Source: Candidatus Methylomirabilota bacterium
Lineage (GTDB): Bacteria; Methylomirabilota; Methylomirabilia; Rokubacteriales; CSP1-6
Direction: 5' to 3'
DNA: 64,000 nt
NCBI GenBank assembly: GCA_046726415.1
Contig: JBKPAK010000008.1
Location: forward strand, 64,766 to 128,765
Position numbers and translations under genes: made by a program. This document shows, in pieces, positions 20,210 to 30,242 of the stretch (positions within the stretch are counted from its first letter, which is position 1; each line of letters opens with the position of its first letter). The notes beneath the pieces were generated by a model. The model was not told where the DNA came from. It did no database searches and worked only from the letters and a program-made list of their open reading frames with translations.

Positions 20210-21466
20210 TCACGTTCTCGAGGTCGGGGCGGCGCCGGCGCGAGCCGCGGCTTCGATCCGGTCGATGTTCACCAGCGGTACGAGAAGCCACGCCAGCGCG
20301 GTCGTCCCCGCCGAGATGAAGATGAGGGGGGTATAGCCCACCCAGTCGTAGAGGCGGCCGCCGACGTTCTGGGAGAGCTGCGTGCCGCCGTTGAACACCG
20401 ACATCAGGAGCGCGAAGAAGGTGCCCTCCACCCGCCGGGGACAAGCCTTGGCGGCCAGGTCGAGGAAGGCGAGCTGGGTGATCATGGCGGCCACCCCGGT
20501 CGCGAAGTCGATGATGACCGCCGACGTCGGTCCACGGTAGCCGAGGTAGGCCAGCATGCTCAGGACGCCGGCGCCGATCGTCCACACGATCACCCGCCGG
20601 AGGGGATAGCGGCGCGACAGGGGCGCGTAGATCAGCGCGCCCAGCATCGCCCCGACCGAGGTGAGAGAGGCGAGGACGCCGATGAACTCCTGGCTGAATC
20701 CCAGGACGTCGGTCTGATAGTAAAGGAAGGCCGGACCGAACGACGGGCTGAAGTTGAAGAAGAAGATGAAGCCGGCCACCACCCAGACCTCGCGTTCGGT
20801 GGCGGCCTCCCGGATGGCCCGGGCGGTGACGCGCAGCGCCTCCCAGTCGGACCGCACCCGAGGCTCGCGGATGAAAAGCAGGGCCATGAGCAGCGAGACG
20901 AGCGGGAAGGCGCCGGCCAGCGCGAAGGCGATGTCGAGCCGGCGGGCTCCCGCCAGGTAGCCGCCGCCGATGCCGACCGCGATGGAGGCGGCGTAAATCG
21001 CCGCCCACTGCACGGCCTGGAATGCGCCGGTGAGCCCGAGGGGCTTCCCGTTCTCGACCATGAGGGCATCGGTGAGCACATCGGTGAAGGCGAGGCCGAG
21101 GCCCATGAGGGTGAAGAGAATCGCCGTAGGCCAGTAGGGATATCCCGCGAGCAGCGCGAGGGTGAAGCCCGTGCCCGGGGCCAACGCGGTGGCGAGCACG
21201 AAGTAGCTCTTGCGGCGCCGGCCGAACAGCGGCACGAAATCCGACAGCAGGCCGTAGACGGGCTTCATCAGCCACGGGATGGTCACGAGCAAGAAGAAAT
21301 CGGCCACGTGGGCGGCTGAGAGCCCCCGGTCCTTCAACAGGACGGTGAGCGCTTGGTTGGGCAGGTACCACAAGCCCTGGGCGAAGTAGACGACGCCGAA
21401 GAAGACTGCGAGGCGGCGGGCGGCGGGAGTGGTGAAGGGATTGAGCCGGTCGAGGGTCGCGGGCAC
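20210..21466 (-). CDS. MFS transporter, folate-biopterin (BT1) family
   Basis: PWLMKPVYGLLSDFVPLFGRRRKSY, DVLTDALMVE, CPRRVEGTFFALLMS. Confidence 0.8.
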   Translation of the reverse strand: MPATLDRLNPFTTPAARRLAVFFGVVYFAQGLWYLPNQALTVLLKDRGLSAAHVADFFLLVTIPWLMKPVYGLLSDFVPLFGRRRKSYFVLATALAPGTGFTLALLAGYPYWPTAILFTLMGLGLAFTDVLTDALMVENGKPLGLTGAFQAVQWAAIYAASIAVGIGGGYLAGARRLDIAFALAGAFPLVSLLMALLFIREPRVRSDWEALRVTARAIREAATEREVWVVAGFIFFFNFSPSFGPAFLYYQTDVLGFSQEFIGVLASLTSVGAMLGALIYAPLSRRYPLRRVIVWTIGAGVLSMLAYLGYRGPTSAVIIDFATGVAAMITQLAFLDLAAKACPRRVEGTFFALLMSVFNGGTQLSQNVGGRLYDWVGYTPLIFISAGTTALAWLLVPLVNIDRIEAAARAGAAPTSRT

Positions 21467-21494
21467 TGGGCGGCATGATACCGTAGACCCGGTC

Positions 21495-23537
21495 ATGCGT
21501 TCGGTTTGTCCGCACGACTGTCCCTCGGCGTGTAGCCTCCTCGTCTCGATCAAGGACGGACGGCTCGCCGAGGTCACAGGAGATCCCGCCCAACCCTTCA
21601 CTCAGGGCGTGATCTGCGGCAAGGTCCGCGCCTACGCCGAGCGCGTCCACTCGCCGCTGCGGGTTCTCACGCCGCTCAGACGCACGGGCGCCAAGGGCAG
21701 CGGTCGCTTCGAGCGGATCTCGTGGGACGAGGCCATCGGCGAAGTGGCCACCCGCTGGCGAGCGATCATCGGGCACGAAGGCGCCGAGGCGATCCTGCCC
21801 TTCTCGTACGCCGGGACCATGGGCCAGGTGCAATACTACGCGGGTCATCCCCTCTTCCACGCGCTCGGCGCCAGCCTGCTCGATCGGACCATCTGCGTCT
21901 CCACCGCCTATGCCGGTTGGCGCGCCACGCTGGGGGCGGTAACCGGCAACGACTCGGAGCAGATGGTGGGCGCCGATCTGGTCGTGCTCTGGGGGATCAA
22001 CGCGGCATACTCGTCGGTCAACGTGATGACCCTGGTCCAGCAGGCCCGGGCGCGAGGCGCAAGGATCGTGACCATCGACCCCTACCGCACTTCGACCGCC
22101 GGGCAGGCGGACGAGCATCTGATGGTGCGTCCGGGGACCGACGCCGCACTGGCCCTCGCCCTCATGCACGTCCTCATCGACGAGGGGCTCGTCGATCGCG
22201 CGTACATCGGCCGCGCCACGCTCGGCTTCGAGCAGCTGGCCGAGCATGTGAAGGCTTATGCCCCGGCCGCGGTGGCGGGCATCGTGGGCGTTCCGGCGGC
22301 CCGCATCATTGCCCTGGCCCGCGCCTACGGAGCAAGTTCGCGTTCCTTCATCCGCATCGGCATCGGACTCTCGCGGCACGAGAACGGCGGCATGACGTGC
22401 CGGACGCTGGCCTGCCTCCCTGCGCTGACCGGAGCCTACGCGGATGCCCACGGCGGTGCCCTGCTCTCATCGGGCCAGGCCTTTGACTTCGGCTTGAAGG
22501 TCCTGCAGCGCCCCGATCTCCTCCCGCGGCCAGCCCCCCGCGTCATCAACATGATTCACCTGGGGCGCGTCCTCACGGATCGCACCCTGGCGCCCCCCGT
22601 GCGCGCCCTGTATGTGTACAACTCCAACCCCGCCGCCGTCTGCCCCAACCAGTCGCTGGTGATGCGGGGCCTGAGGCGCGAGGACCTCTTCACGGTCGTC
22701 CACGAGCAGGTGATGACCGACACCGCCCGCCACGCGGACATCGTGCTCCCGGCGACGACATCGATGGAGCACCTGGATCTCTACGGCTCTTACGGGCACC
22801 TGTACGTGCAGCTGGCCTCGCCGGTTCTCTCAGCTCCCGGCGAGGTGCGTTCCAACTGGGAGGTGTTCCGCGCGCTGAGCGCCGCCCTCGGCGTGGCCGA
22901 GGCCCACTACGCGAAGGGCGAGGCGCAACTCATCCGGGAGACGCTGGCCGCCGGCGGCCCGGCCTCGCGGGCAATCACCTATGAGCGCCTGGAGCAGGAA
23001 CGTTTCGTCCGCCTGCAGTTGCCGCGCCCGTACCGGCCGTTCGCCGATGGGGCGCCCACCCCATCGGGAAAGGTGGAATTCTATTCCGAGCAGATGGCGC
23101 GAGCGGGTCTGCCACCCTTGCCCAGCTACGTTCCCCTGAAGGAAGGCCCTGACGACCCGGGACTCCGCGCGCAGTACCCACTGCAGTGCATCGTCCCGCC
23201 GAACCGCTTCTTCCTGAACTCATCGTTTAGCCAGTCGGAATTGTTGCGGCGGCGCCAGCAGACCGCGACCGTGCTGTTGTCGCCGGCGGATGCGGCCGCC
23301 CGCGGCGTTCGCGACGGAGATGAGGTGCGGGTCACCAGCGGGCGCGGGGAAGCCCGCTTTCGGGCCCTGGTCGACGGCGGAATGCGGCCGGGCGTGGTGG
23401 TCATCGAGGGACTCTGGTGGCATCGCTTCCAGTCCGGGGGACACAACGTCAACGCACTCACCAGCGATCGGACGGCCGACATGGGCGGCGGTCCGACCTT
23501 TCACTCCAATCTCGTCGAGGTCGGGAAGGTGCCATGA
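21495..23537 (+). CDS. Cytoplasmic molybdopterin (bis-MGD) oxidoreductase
   Basis: CPHDCPSAC...ICGK Fe-S motif, ISWDEA, TPSGKVEF, C-terminal MGD-binding domain; no Tat signal. Confidence 0.85.
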   Translation: MRSVCPHDCPSACSLLVSIKDGRLAEVTGDPAQPFTQGVICGKVRAYAERVHSPLRVLTPLRRTGAKGSGRFERISWDEAIGEVATRWRAIIGHEGAEAILPFSYAGTMGQVQYYAGHPLFHALGASLLDRTICVSTAYAGWRATLGAVTGNDSEQMVGADLVVLWGINAAYSSVNVMTLVQQARARGARIVTIDPYRTSTAGQADEHLMVRPGTDAALALALMHVLIDEGLVDRAYIGRATLGFEQLAEHVKAYAPAAVAGIVGVPAARIIALARAYGASSRSFIRIGIGLSRHENGGMTCRTLACLPALTGAYADAHGGALLSSGQAFDFGLKVLQRPDLLPRPAPRVINMIHLGRVLTDRTLAPPVRALYVYNSNPAAVCPNQSLVMRGLRREDLFTVVHEQVMTDTARHADIVLPATTSMEHLDLYGSYGHLYVQLASPVLSAPGEVRSNWEVFRALSAALGVAEAHYAKGEAQLIRETLAAGGPASRAITYERLEQERFVRLQLPRPYRPFADGAPTPSGKVEFYSEQMARAGLPPLPSYVPLKEGPDDPGLRAQYPLQCIVPPNRFFLNSSFSQSELLRRRQQTATVLLSPADAAARGVRDGDEVRVTSGRGEARFRALVDGGMRPGVVVIEGLWWHRFQSGGHNVNALTSDRTADMGGGPTFHSNLVEVGKVP

Positions 23538-24328
23538 ACGCTCCGCTCATCCAGGTCGATGCATTCACGAACACGGCCTTCGCGGGCAATCCGGCCGCCG
23601 TCTGTCTGCTGAACGGACCGGCTGATGCCGGATGGATGCAGAACGTGGCTCGCGAGATGAACCTCTCGGAGACCGCCTTTCTCCACCCGGACGGGAAGAC
23701 CTATCACCTGCGCTGGTTCACGCCCACGGTCGAGGTCGATCTGTGCGGGCACGCCACCTTGGCCAGCGCCCACGTGCTCTGGGAGACGAAACGCGTTGCT
23801 CCCGGTGTGCGGATCGAATTCCTCACCCGCAGTGGCCTGCTCACTGCGGAACGCGCGGGCCAGTGGATCGAGCTGGACTTTCCCGCCAAGCAGGTGGAGC
23901 CGGTGACGCCGCCTCCCGACGTGCTGGGCGCGCTGGGGGCCGCGGCGCGCTACGTCGGGCGCAATCAGTTCGACTACCTGGTCGAGGTCGATGCGGAAAC
24001 GACCGTGCGGGGTCTGGCGCCCGATTTCGCGCGCCTGGCCACCGTGCCGGTGCGCGGCGTCATCGTCACCAGCCGATCGTCGCATCCCGAGTGGGACTTC
24101 GTGTCGCGCTTCTTTGCTCCGGGCTCGGGTATTGCCGAGGATCCCGTCACCGGATCGGCGCATTGCGCCCTGGGGCCGTTCTGGATGGATCGCCTCGGTA
24201 AGCGCGAGCTGGTGGGCTACCAGGCCTCAGCGCGCGGAGGGGTGGTGCGGGTACGCGTGGTCGCAGATCGGGTGCGCCTGGGTGGCCAGGCGATCACGGT
24301 TCTGCGCGGGGAGCTGGTCTCCAGCTAG
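23534..24328 (+). CDS. PhzF-family isomerase
   Basis: VDAF..GNPAAV, EMNLSETAF, EVDLCGHATLA, EDPVTGSAH. Confidence 0.85.
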   Translation: MNAPLIQVDAFTNTAFAGNPAAVCLLNGPADAGWMQNVAREMNLSETAFLHPDGKTYHLRWFTPTVEVDLCGHATLASAHVLWETKRVAPGVRIEFLTRSGLLTAERAGQWIELDFPAKQVEPVTPPPDVLGALGAAARYVGRNQFDYLVEVDAETTVRGLAPDFARLATVPVRGVIVTSRSSHPEWDFVSRFFAPGSGIAEDPVTGSAHCALGPFWMDRLGKRELVGYQASARGGVVRVRVVADRVRLGGQAITVLRGELVSS

Positions 24329-24402
24329 CTTAGCTAGGAAAGTCCGAGCACGATGGCGCCCGCCCCGGACAACTGTGCGAGGACGAGGTCCATCTGCTCA
24401 AT

Positions 24403-27168
24403 TCAATCGATACCCACCGGGGCTGGTGCCTCGGTGGCCATCACCGGCACTGGCCCCGGTCGAGGGCCTGGCCGAATCATCCGGAGGAGTACGGGCAGCA
24501 CCACGAGAGAAGCGACCAGGCTGGCCAATGTGCCGAGCGTGAGGAGCAAGCCGAGGCCGAAGATGCCCCGGTGGTCAGCCAGCATCAGGCTTCCGAAGCC
24601 CACGATCGTGGTCAAGCCGGCCACCAGCACGCCCATGACCGTGCTGCGCGCGATCAGCGGCGCACCCGCGTCGCGCCGCGTCTCTATGTAGCGCATCACG
24701 ATGTTCAACCCGTACTCGGCGGCGGCGCCCAAGATCAACGGGAGCCCGAAGATGTTCCCCATGTTGAAGTCGAGCCCAAAGAGCCACATCAATCCGCCCG
24801 TCCAGATCAGGCCGAGGGCCAAGGGGAGCAGGGCGAGCGCCGTCTCTCGCACACGGCGAAGCATCGCGAAGGTAAGCCCGCTCACCAGCAACACCGCGTA
24901 GATCGTCCCCTGCTTATAGGCCCGCTCCATGAGGGTGATGGCCTCATAGGTGATGATGGGCGTGCCCGTCACCTCGGGGTCGATGGCCCGCAACTCCTGA
25001 ACGAAGCGGCTGGCACCTTCGCGCTCCCAGATGTCCACGGCCGGGTGGATCTGCAGGAGGAAGCCCCCGCGGTCGCTGATGAACTTGCGCTTCAGCTCGG
25101 GCGGAATGCTGGCCAGCCCGATCTCCCTCGGATTGAGATTGGCCTGCAGGCGCTGGAACTTCTGCAGGAAGTCCCGGTAGATCTGGCGCTGGAGGTTGTT
25201 GAGGATCGGCTCGCTCACCTCCGGCTCGGTCGTCTTGAGCTTGCTCATGAGCCGTTCCAGGTCCGCCACCGTGCGCGTGAGCTTCTGCTTCGCCTCTCCG
25301 GCCGGGGCCTCGCTGGCGGCAATGTCCAGGCGCCGCTTGAGCGATTCCAGTTCCGTGACCAGCCGGCTCACATCGACCGGCACCGGGCGCCCGATTCGCA
25401 CCGGTCCCACCAGCTCCGCGAAATCGCGGATGATCTTCAGCTTCTGCGGCTGGTCGCTGGGGATGAGGAGAAGCGCGGAGTCGACCTCGGAGACGCTGGG
25501 CACCTTGACGAAGGCGTCGCGCTTCTTCTTCAGTTCCTCCAGCGACGAGGCGCTGGCGAGGGCGGCGAAGCCGGAGCGCCCGGACGAGGCCAGGATGCGG
25601 CGCTCCCACACCACGGACTCCGTGCCCGGCGCCTGGAGATTGAGCAGGTTGAAGTCGAAGTGCACGTAGCGTATGCCCCACAGCGAGAGCACGGTGACGA
25701 GGGCGGCGACGGCGAGCACGGTGCCGGGATGCCGGGTGAGCTGCTCGACGAAGGGGACGTGGATGCTCTCCAGTCGCATGGCGCGGGGGATCGGGGGCAC
25801 CGCCCGCGCCAGATGCCGCCGGTCGACGACGACGAGCACGGCAGGGAACACCGTCATCATCGCTACCCACGCCAGCAGGATGGCCGTGCCGGCGATGAAG
25901 CCCAGTTCTTGAAGTCCGCGAAAGTCGGTGAGCATGAGGACGTAGAACGTTCCGGCGGCAGTGATGGCCCCCAGCAGCACCCCGGGACCGCTGCGCTGCG
26001 CCGTGATCTCGATGGCCGCTCGCAGGTTCCGCCCGAGGAACAGCTCTTCCTCGTAGCGGAAGAGGAAGTAGATGCCGTAGTCGATGCCGATGCCGATGAC
26101 GATCGAGATGAACATCACGGAAAACAGCGACAAATGGCCGATGGCCAGGGTGGCCACACCGATCGACCAGCACAGACTGACGGCCAGCACGGTCAGCATG
26201 AGAATCGGCTTGCCGACTCGCATGAAGGCCAGCACGAGCAGCCCCAGGGTAAGGCCGAAGGCCAGCAGGGTGGCTCGCTCGCTGTCGCGGAAGGCAGCCG
26301 TCATCTCGTCGTTGGAGAGCACGGGCTTCCCGGTGACGCCGACCTGTACGTTGGGGAAGTCGCGCTTGAGCGAGGCCACCACCGCCCGGATGCCGTCGAT
26401 GGCCTCGCGGTCGTCGGTGAAGCTCCCGGACTGACTGACGGGCTCGGCCAGGATGAAGAGGAGTCGCTGGTCCTCGGAGAGGAAGTAGCCGGCCCCGCCT
26501 TCCTCGGTGTCCGGCACCGAGAAGAGGGAGCCGAAGGGCGATCGGTAGGCGATGGCCCGATCGAGACGCTCGGAGATCTGCGCAACCAGGTCCTGAATGA
26601 ACCGGAGGTCCACGGCCCCTTTGGGGTCCGAGAGACCCAAATCGAGAAAGCCCGAGGCGAAGCCGCTGGCCACGTGGGTGGAGATCCCGTTCACGAGCGT
26701 GTCCAAGGTGGGTCGGGAGGCGAAGGCCTCCATCAATTCCTGGTTGTCATAGATCTTCTCCCGGATCTCGCTGAGGCGCTCCGGGGACAGGTAGAGCAAC
26801 GCGCGTCCCTCGAACTGCTTCGGATCGATGCGGTAGGCGATGCGCTTGAGCGGCACCTGCCGGGCTCGCAGTTCGCGGACGAGGCGCGTGGCATACTCTT
26901 TCGCTTCGGTCAGCGAGGGGGCTTCCACCACGATGGCGATGTCGTCGAGGTCGCCGAAGTCCCGGCTGTACTCCACCCAGCGCAGGATGTAAGGACGATC
27001 CTGAGGGAGGAGATCTCGTGGAGACGTCTTGAGGGTGAGCGTCGTGAGGGCGTACACCACGCTCAGCGCGGCTAGCGCGAGGGCCGCCGTCAGCGTCCAC
27101 CAGGGGCGCGCCGTGGAGACCCGGGCGAGCCGACCCAGGAACCGTCCGGTCGTGGAGACCCGCGCCAA
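24403..27168 (-). CDS. hpnN: Hopanoid RND/MMPL transporter
   Basis: Two MMPL repeats (IGIGIDYGI; LTTIVGFGSL), 921 aa, at the end of the shc operon. Confidence 0.8.
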   Translation of the reverse strand: MARVSTTGRFLGRLARVSTARPWWTLTAALALAALSVVYALTTLTLKTSPRDLLPQDRPYILRWVEYSRDFGDLDDIAIVVEAPSLTEAKEYATRLVRELRARQVPLKRIAYRIDPKQFEGRALLYLSPERLSEIREKIYDNQELMEAFASRPTLDTLVNGISTHVASGFASGFLDLGLSDPKGAVDLRFIQDLVAQISERLDRAIAYRSPFGSLFSVPDTEEGGAGYFLSEDQRLLFILAEPVSQSGSFTDDREAIDGIRAVVASLKRDFPNVQVGVTGKPVLSNDEMTAAFRDSERATLLAFGLTLGLLVLAFMRVGKPILMLTVLAVSLCWSIGVATLAIGHLSLFSVMFISIVIGIGIDYGIYFLFRYEEELFLGRNLRAAIEITAQRSGPGVLLGAITAAGTFYVLMLTDFRGLQELGFIAGTAILLAWVAMMTVFPAVLVVVDRRHLARAVPPIPRAMRLESIHVPFVEQLTRHPGTVLAVAALVTVLSLWGIRYVHFDFNLLNLQAPGTESVVWERRILASSGRSGFAALASASSLEELKKKRDAFVKVPSVSEVDSALLLIPSDQPQKLKIIRDFAELVGPVRIGRPVPVDVSRLVTELESLKRRLDIAASEAPAGEAKQKLTRTVADLERLMSKLKTTEPEVSEPILNNLQRQIYRDFLQKFQRLQANLNPREIGLASIPPELKRKFISDRGGFLLQIHPAVDIWEREGASRFVQELRAIDPEVTGTPIITYEAITLMERAYKQGTIYAVLLVSGLTFAMLRRVRETALALLPLALGLIWTGGLMWLFGLDFNMGNIFGLPLILGAAAEYGLNIVMRYIETRRDAGAPLIARSTVMGVLVAGLTTIVGFGSLMLADHRGIFGLGLLLTLGTLASLVASLVVLPVLLRMIRPGPRPGPVPVMATEAPAPVGID

Positions 27169-27179
27169 CGACCTTTCGC

Positions 27180-28253
27180 CTACTCTTCGCCGGCGATGAA
27201 CCTTTCGAGGCGCTGCCGGGCCGCGTCGTCAGGCCACTGTTCGGGCGGTGACTTCATCAGGTAGGCGGACGGGGCCAGCAAGGCGCCCTTGATACCGCGA
27301 TCGAGGGCGAGCTTGCAGGCCCGGAGGGCGTCGATCACCACGCCCGCCGAGTTCGGTGAGTCCCACACCTCGAGCTTCAACTCGAGGTTGATGGGTTGGT
27401 CGCCAAAGCCGCGCCCCTCCAGCCGGATGTGAGCCCACTTGCGGTCGGCCAGCCACGGCACGTAGTCGCTGGGGCCGATGTGGATGGCCTCGGCCGGCAA
27501 CTCGTGGCCGAGCTGGGAGCGCACGGCGTCCGTCTTGGAGATCTTCTTGGAGACGAGCCGCTCGCGCTCCAGCATGTTGTAGAAGTCGGTGTTGCCACCG
27601 AAGTTGAGCTGGCTGGTGCGGTCGAGGTGCACGCCGCGATCCATGAAGAGCTTGGTGAGCACGCGGTGGACAATGGTGGCGCCGACCTGGGACTTCACGT
27701 CGTCACCGACCAGGGGCAGGCCGCGCTCCTCGAAGCGGCGTCGCCAATAGGCCTCGCGCGCGATGAAGACGGGGATGCAGTTCACAAAGGCACAGCCCGC
27801 GTCGAGGACTTGCTCCACGTACCACTTGGTGGCCATCTCGCTGCCCACCGGTAGGAAGTTGACCACCACGTGGGTGCCCGTGTCCCGGAGGATGCCCGCG
27901 ATGTCGGCCGTCGAGCCGGGCGCCTTGCGGATCATCTGGGCGAGATAGACGCCGAGGCCATCGTGCGTCATGCCTCGCTGGACGGTGACGCCCAGCGGGG
28001 GCACCTCGGCGAACTTCACGGTGTTGTTCGGCTCCTGAAAGATGGCGTCTCCAAGGTCGCGACCCACCTTGCGCTCGTCGATGTCGAAGGCCGCCGAGAA
28101 CTCGATGTCGCCGACATGATAGCCCCCGAGGCGGGGATGCATCAGTCCGGGGATGAAGACGTCGTCGGCAGCGTGGCGATAGTACTGCACCCCTTGGACG
28201 AGCGACGAGGCACAGTTGCCGACGCCAATGAGGGCGACACGTAGGGAGCTCAC
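27180..28253 (-). CDS. ino1: myo-inositol-1-phosphate synthase
   Basis: [39 protein letters not shown]. Confidence 0.92.
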   Translation of the reverse strand: MSSLRVALIGVGNCASSLVQGVQYYRHAADDVFIPGLMHPRLGGYHVGDIEFSAAFDIDERKVGRDLGDAIFQEPNNTVKFAEVPPLGVTVQRGMTHDGLGVYLAQMIRKAPGSTADIAGILRDTGTHVVVNFLPVGSEMATKWYVEQVLDAGCAFVNCIPVFIAREAYWRRRFEERGLPLVGDDVKSQVGATIVHRVLTKLFMDRGVHLDRTSQLNFGGNTDFYNMLERERLVSKKISKTDAVRSQLGHELPAEAIHIGPSDYVPWLADRKWAHIRLEGRGFGDQPINLELKLEVWDSPNSAGVVIDALRACKLALDRGIKGALLAPSAYLMKSPPEQWPDDAARQRLERFIAGEE

Positions 28254-28357
28254 GCGGTCCTCCTCGTGCGGCGTGAGCGGAACGTCACGCGCGGTGATCT
28301 CGACGGCAACGGCTTAGTCTAGCACAGCGACGGCGGCGGCCCCTCATTCGCCGGCGC

Positions 28358-28999
28358 CTAGGACTTCTTGGACTTGTCGGACTTATCGGAGTCGATCAGC
28401 TCGTTCTGCCTGGTCTTCATGCGGTCGACCAGGGACTGATAGGACGAGGTCTGGATGATCTTGTTGAACTGGGTGCGGTAGTTGTTGATGAGGCTGACGC
28501 CCTCGATCACCACGTCGTAGACCAGCCACCGGTCGTTGCGCTTCACCATGCGGTAGTCGACCGGGACGTCGGTGCCCTGCTTGGTGATGATCTTGGTCTT
28601 GACCAGCGCGGCGTCGCCCTCGATGGTGTCGCCGTTGTAGGCGATTTTCTCGCCGCCGTAGTTCTCGATCTTGGACACGTAGGCGCGCTCCAAGAGGTCC
28701 GCGAAGAGCTTGACGAATTCCTCCCGCTCCGCCGGCGTCCGCGCCTGCCAGTGGCGCGCCAGCGCGCGCTTGGACATCTCCTCGAAGTCGAACGTCTCGA
28801 AGGCGATCTTCCGGACGGCGGCCCGCCGCTCGGTGGCCTTACCGTCTCTCTTGAGGTCCGGGTCGTCGACCGTCTTGATGACGCGGTCGATTTGGGCGCG
28901 AAGCTGGTCGGTGGGCACGCCCGCCCATGCCGCGGAGGCGAGGATGAGGCCGGCCACCAGGGTGAGGGCGAGAGCGATGTGTGGGGCACGTGACATCAT
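28358..28999 (-). CDS. mlaC: MlaC/Ttg2D (HpnM-like) periplasmic lipid shuttle
   Basis: FDFEEMSKRAL..W, YDVVIEGVSLINNYRTQF; signal peptide. Confidence 0.85.
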   Translation of the reverse strand: MMSRAPHIALALTLVAGLILASAAWAGVPTDQLRAQIDRVIKTVDDPDLKRDGKATERRAAVRKIAFETFDFEEMSKRALARHWQARTPAEREEFVKLFADLLERAYVSKIENYGGEKIAYNGDTIEGDAALVKTKIITKQGTDVPVDYRMVKRNDRWLVYDVVIEGVSLINNYRTQFNKIIQTSSYQSLVDRMKTRQNELIDSDKSDKSKKS

Positions 29000-29027
29000 G
29001 AGAGTCCTCCCTCCAGCGCTCGCATGC

Positions 29028-29468
29028 TCACACTTTGCCGAACACGTACTTCGAGATCAACTCTTCCAGGTCGACGGGAGGTTGAACCTCCGTGAGGCGT
29101 CCGTTCGGAGGGACCATCCGGTCAGAGCCGCCGGGGCTGATGTTCAGGTACTTCTCGCCGAGGAGGCCCTTGGTCTTGATGGCCACGATGGCGTCCTCGC
29201 TGATCTTCACCTGGGGTTGCATGCGCAGCACCAGGTGCGCCTGGTCGTTCTTCAAGCTGATCGACTCCACGCGGCCCACCGGTACCCCGGCGATCTCGAC
29301 GTTGGCCCCGATCTTGAGGCCAGCCGACGACGGGAAGTCGGCGCTCACGAGATAGCCGCCGCCGCCGAACAGCGATACCCGGCCCAGCTTGATGGACAAG
29401 TAGCCCAGGGCGAGTATGCCCAGCACCAGAAAGATTCCTACCGCCATGTTCACTCGCGTCCGCTCCAT
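29028..29468 (-). CDS. mlaD: MCE-domain protein MlaD
   Basis: GLKIGANVEIAGVPVGRV, TKGLLGEKY. Confidence 0.88.
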   Translation of the reverse strand: MERTRVNMAVGIFLVLGILALGYLSIKLGRVSLFGGGGYLVSADFPSSAGLKIGANVEIAGVPVGRVESISLKNDQAHLVLRMQPQVKISEDAIVAIKTKGLLGEKYLNISPGGSDRMVPPNGRLTEVQPPVDLEELISKYVFGKV

Positions 29469-29504
29469 GTTCGACCTTCTCCTCTGAGGTCCGAGGCGAC
29501 CGCC

Positions 29505-30242
29505 TCAGCTCTCCGGCTCGGGCTCGCCGCGAATGAAGCGGCGGACCACGGGGTTCGTGGTGGCCTGGATGACCGACGGCGGCCCTATCTCGATGATCTT
29601 ACCCTCGTGCAGCATGGCCACCGTATCCGCCACCGCGAAGATCTCGGGGATCTCGTGGCTGACCATGACCGCGGTGAATCGGTGCCGTCGGTGGAGGTCG
29701 AGGATGAGGTGATGGATAGCGTTGACGAGGACGGGGTCGAGCCCGGTGGTCGGCTCGTCGAAGAAGACGATCTCGGGCTCGGTCACCAGCGCGCGGGCGA
29801 TGGCCACGCGCTTGCGCATCCCCCCCGAGACCTCGGCGGGGTACTTGCGGCCGATCTCGGCGAGGCCGACTGCCCCGAGGGCGGCGTGCACGCGGCGGGC
29901 TATCTCTCGGCGCCGCAGTCTCATCTTCTCGCGCAGCGGGAAGGCGACGTTGGCCGCGCAGGTCATGGAGTCGAAGAGGGCGCCTCCTTGGAAGACGACG
30001 CCAAAGCGCTGGCGAATGGCATCCAGTTCGCGGGTGGGCAGCCGGGTGATGTCGATCCCGTCGATCAGAATGCTGCCGCCATCCGGGCGAACGAGACCGA
30101 GGAGATGGCGAAGGAGCACCGTCTTGCCCCCGCCGCTCCGCCCGATCACGATGGTAATCGAGCCGGTCTGCACCTCCAGGTCTACCCCCCGGAGCACGGC
30201 CTGACGCCGGAAAGACTTCCGCAGGCCTTGGATCTTGATCAC
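29505..30242 (-). CDS. mlaF: ABC ATPase MlaF
   Basis: GRSGGGKT, VSGGMRKRVAIARAL, DEPTTGLDP; GTG start overlapping mlaE stop. Confidence 0.85.
   Translation of the reverse strand: MIKIQGLRKSFRRQAVLRGVDLEVQTGSITIVIGRSGGGKTVLLRHLLGLVRPDGGSILIDGIDITRLPTRELDAIRQRFGVVFQGGALFDSMTCAANVAFPLREKMRLRRREIARRVHAALGAVGLAEIGRKYPAEVSGGMRKRVAIARALVTEPEIVFFDEPTTGLDPVLVNAIHHLILDLHRRHRFTAVMVSHEIPEIFAVADTVAMLHEGKIIEIGPPSVIQATTNPVVRRFIRGEPEPES

Noticed and set aside
27113-27168. Short repeat giving ARVST twice at the HpnN N-terminus
   Set aside because: Too short to interpret; only affects the choice of start codon
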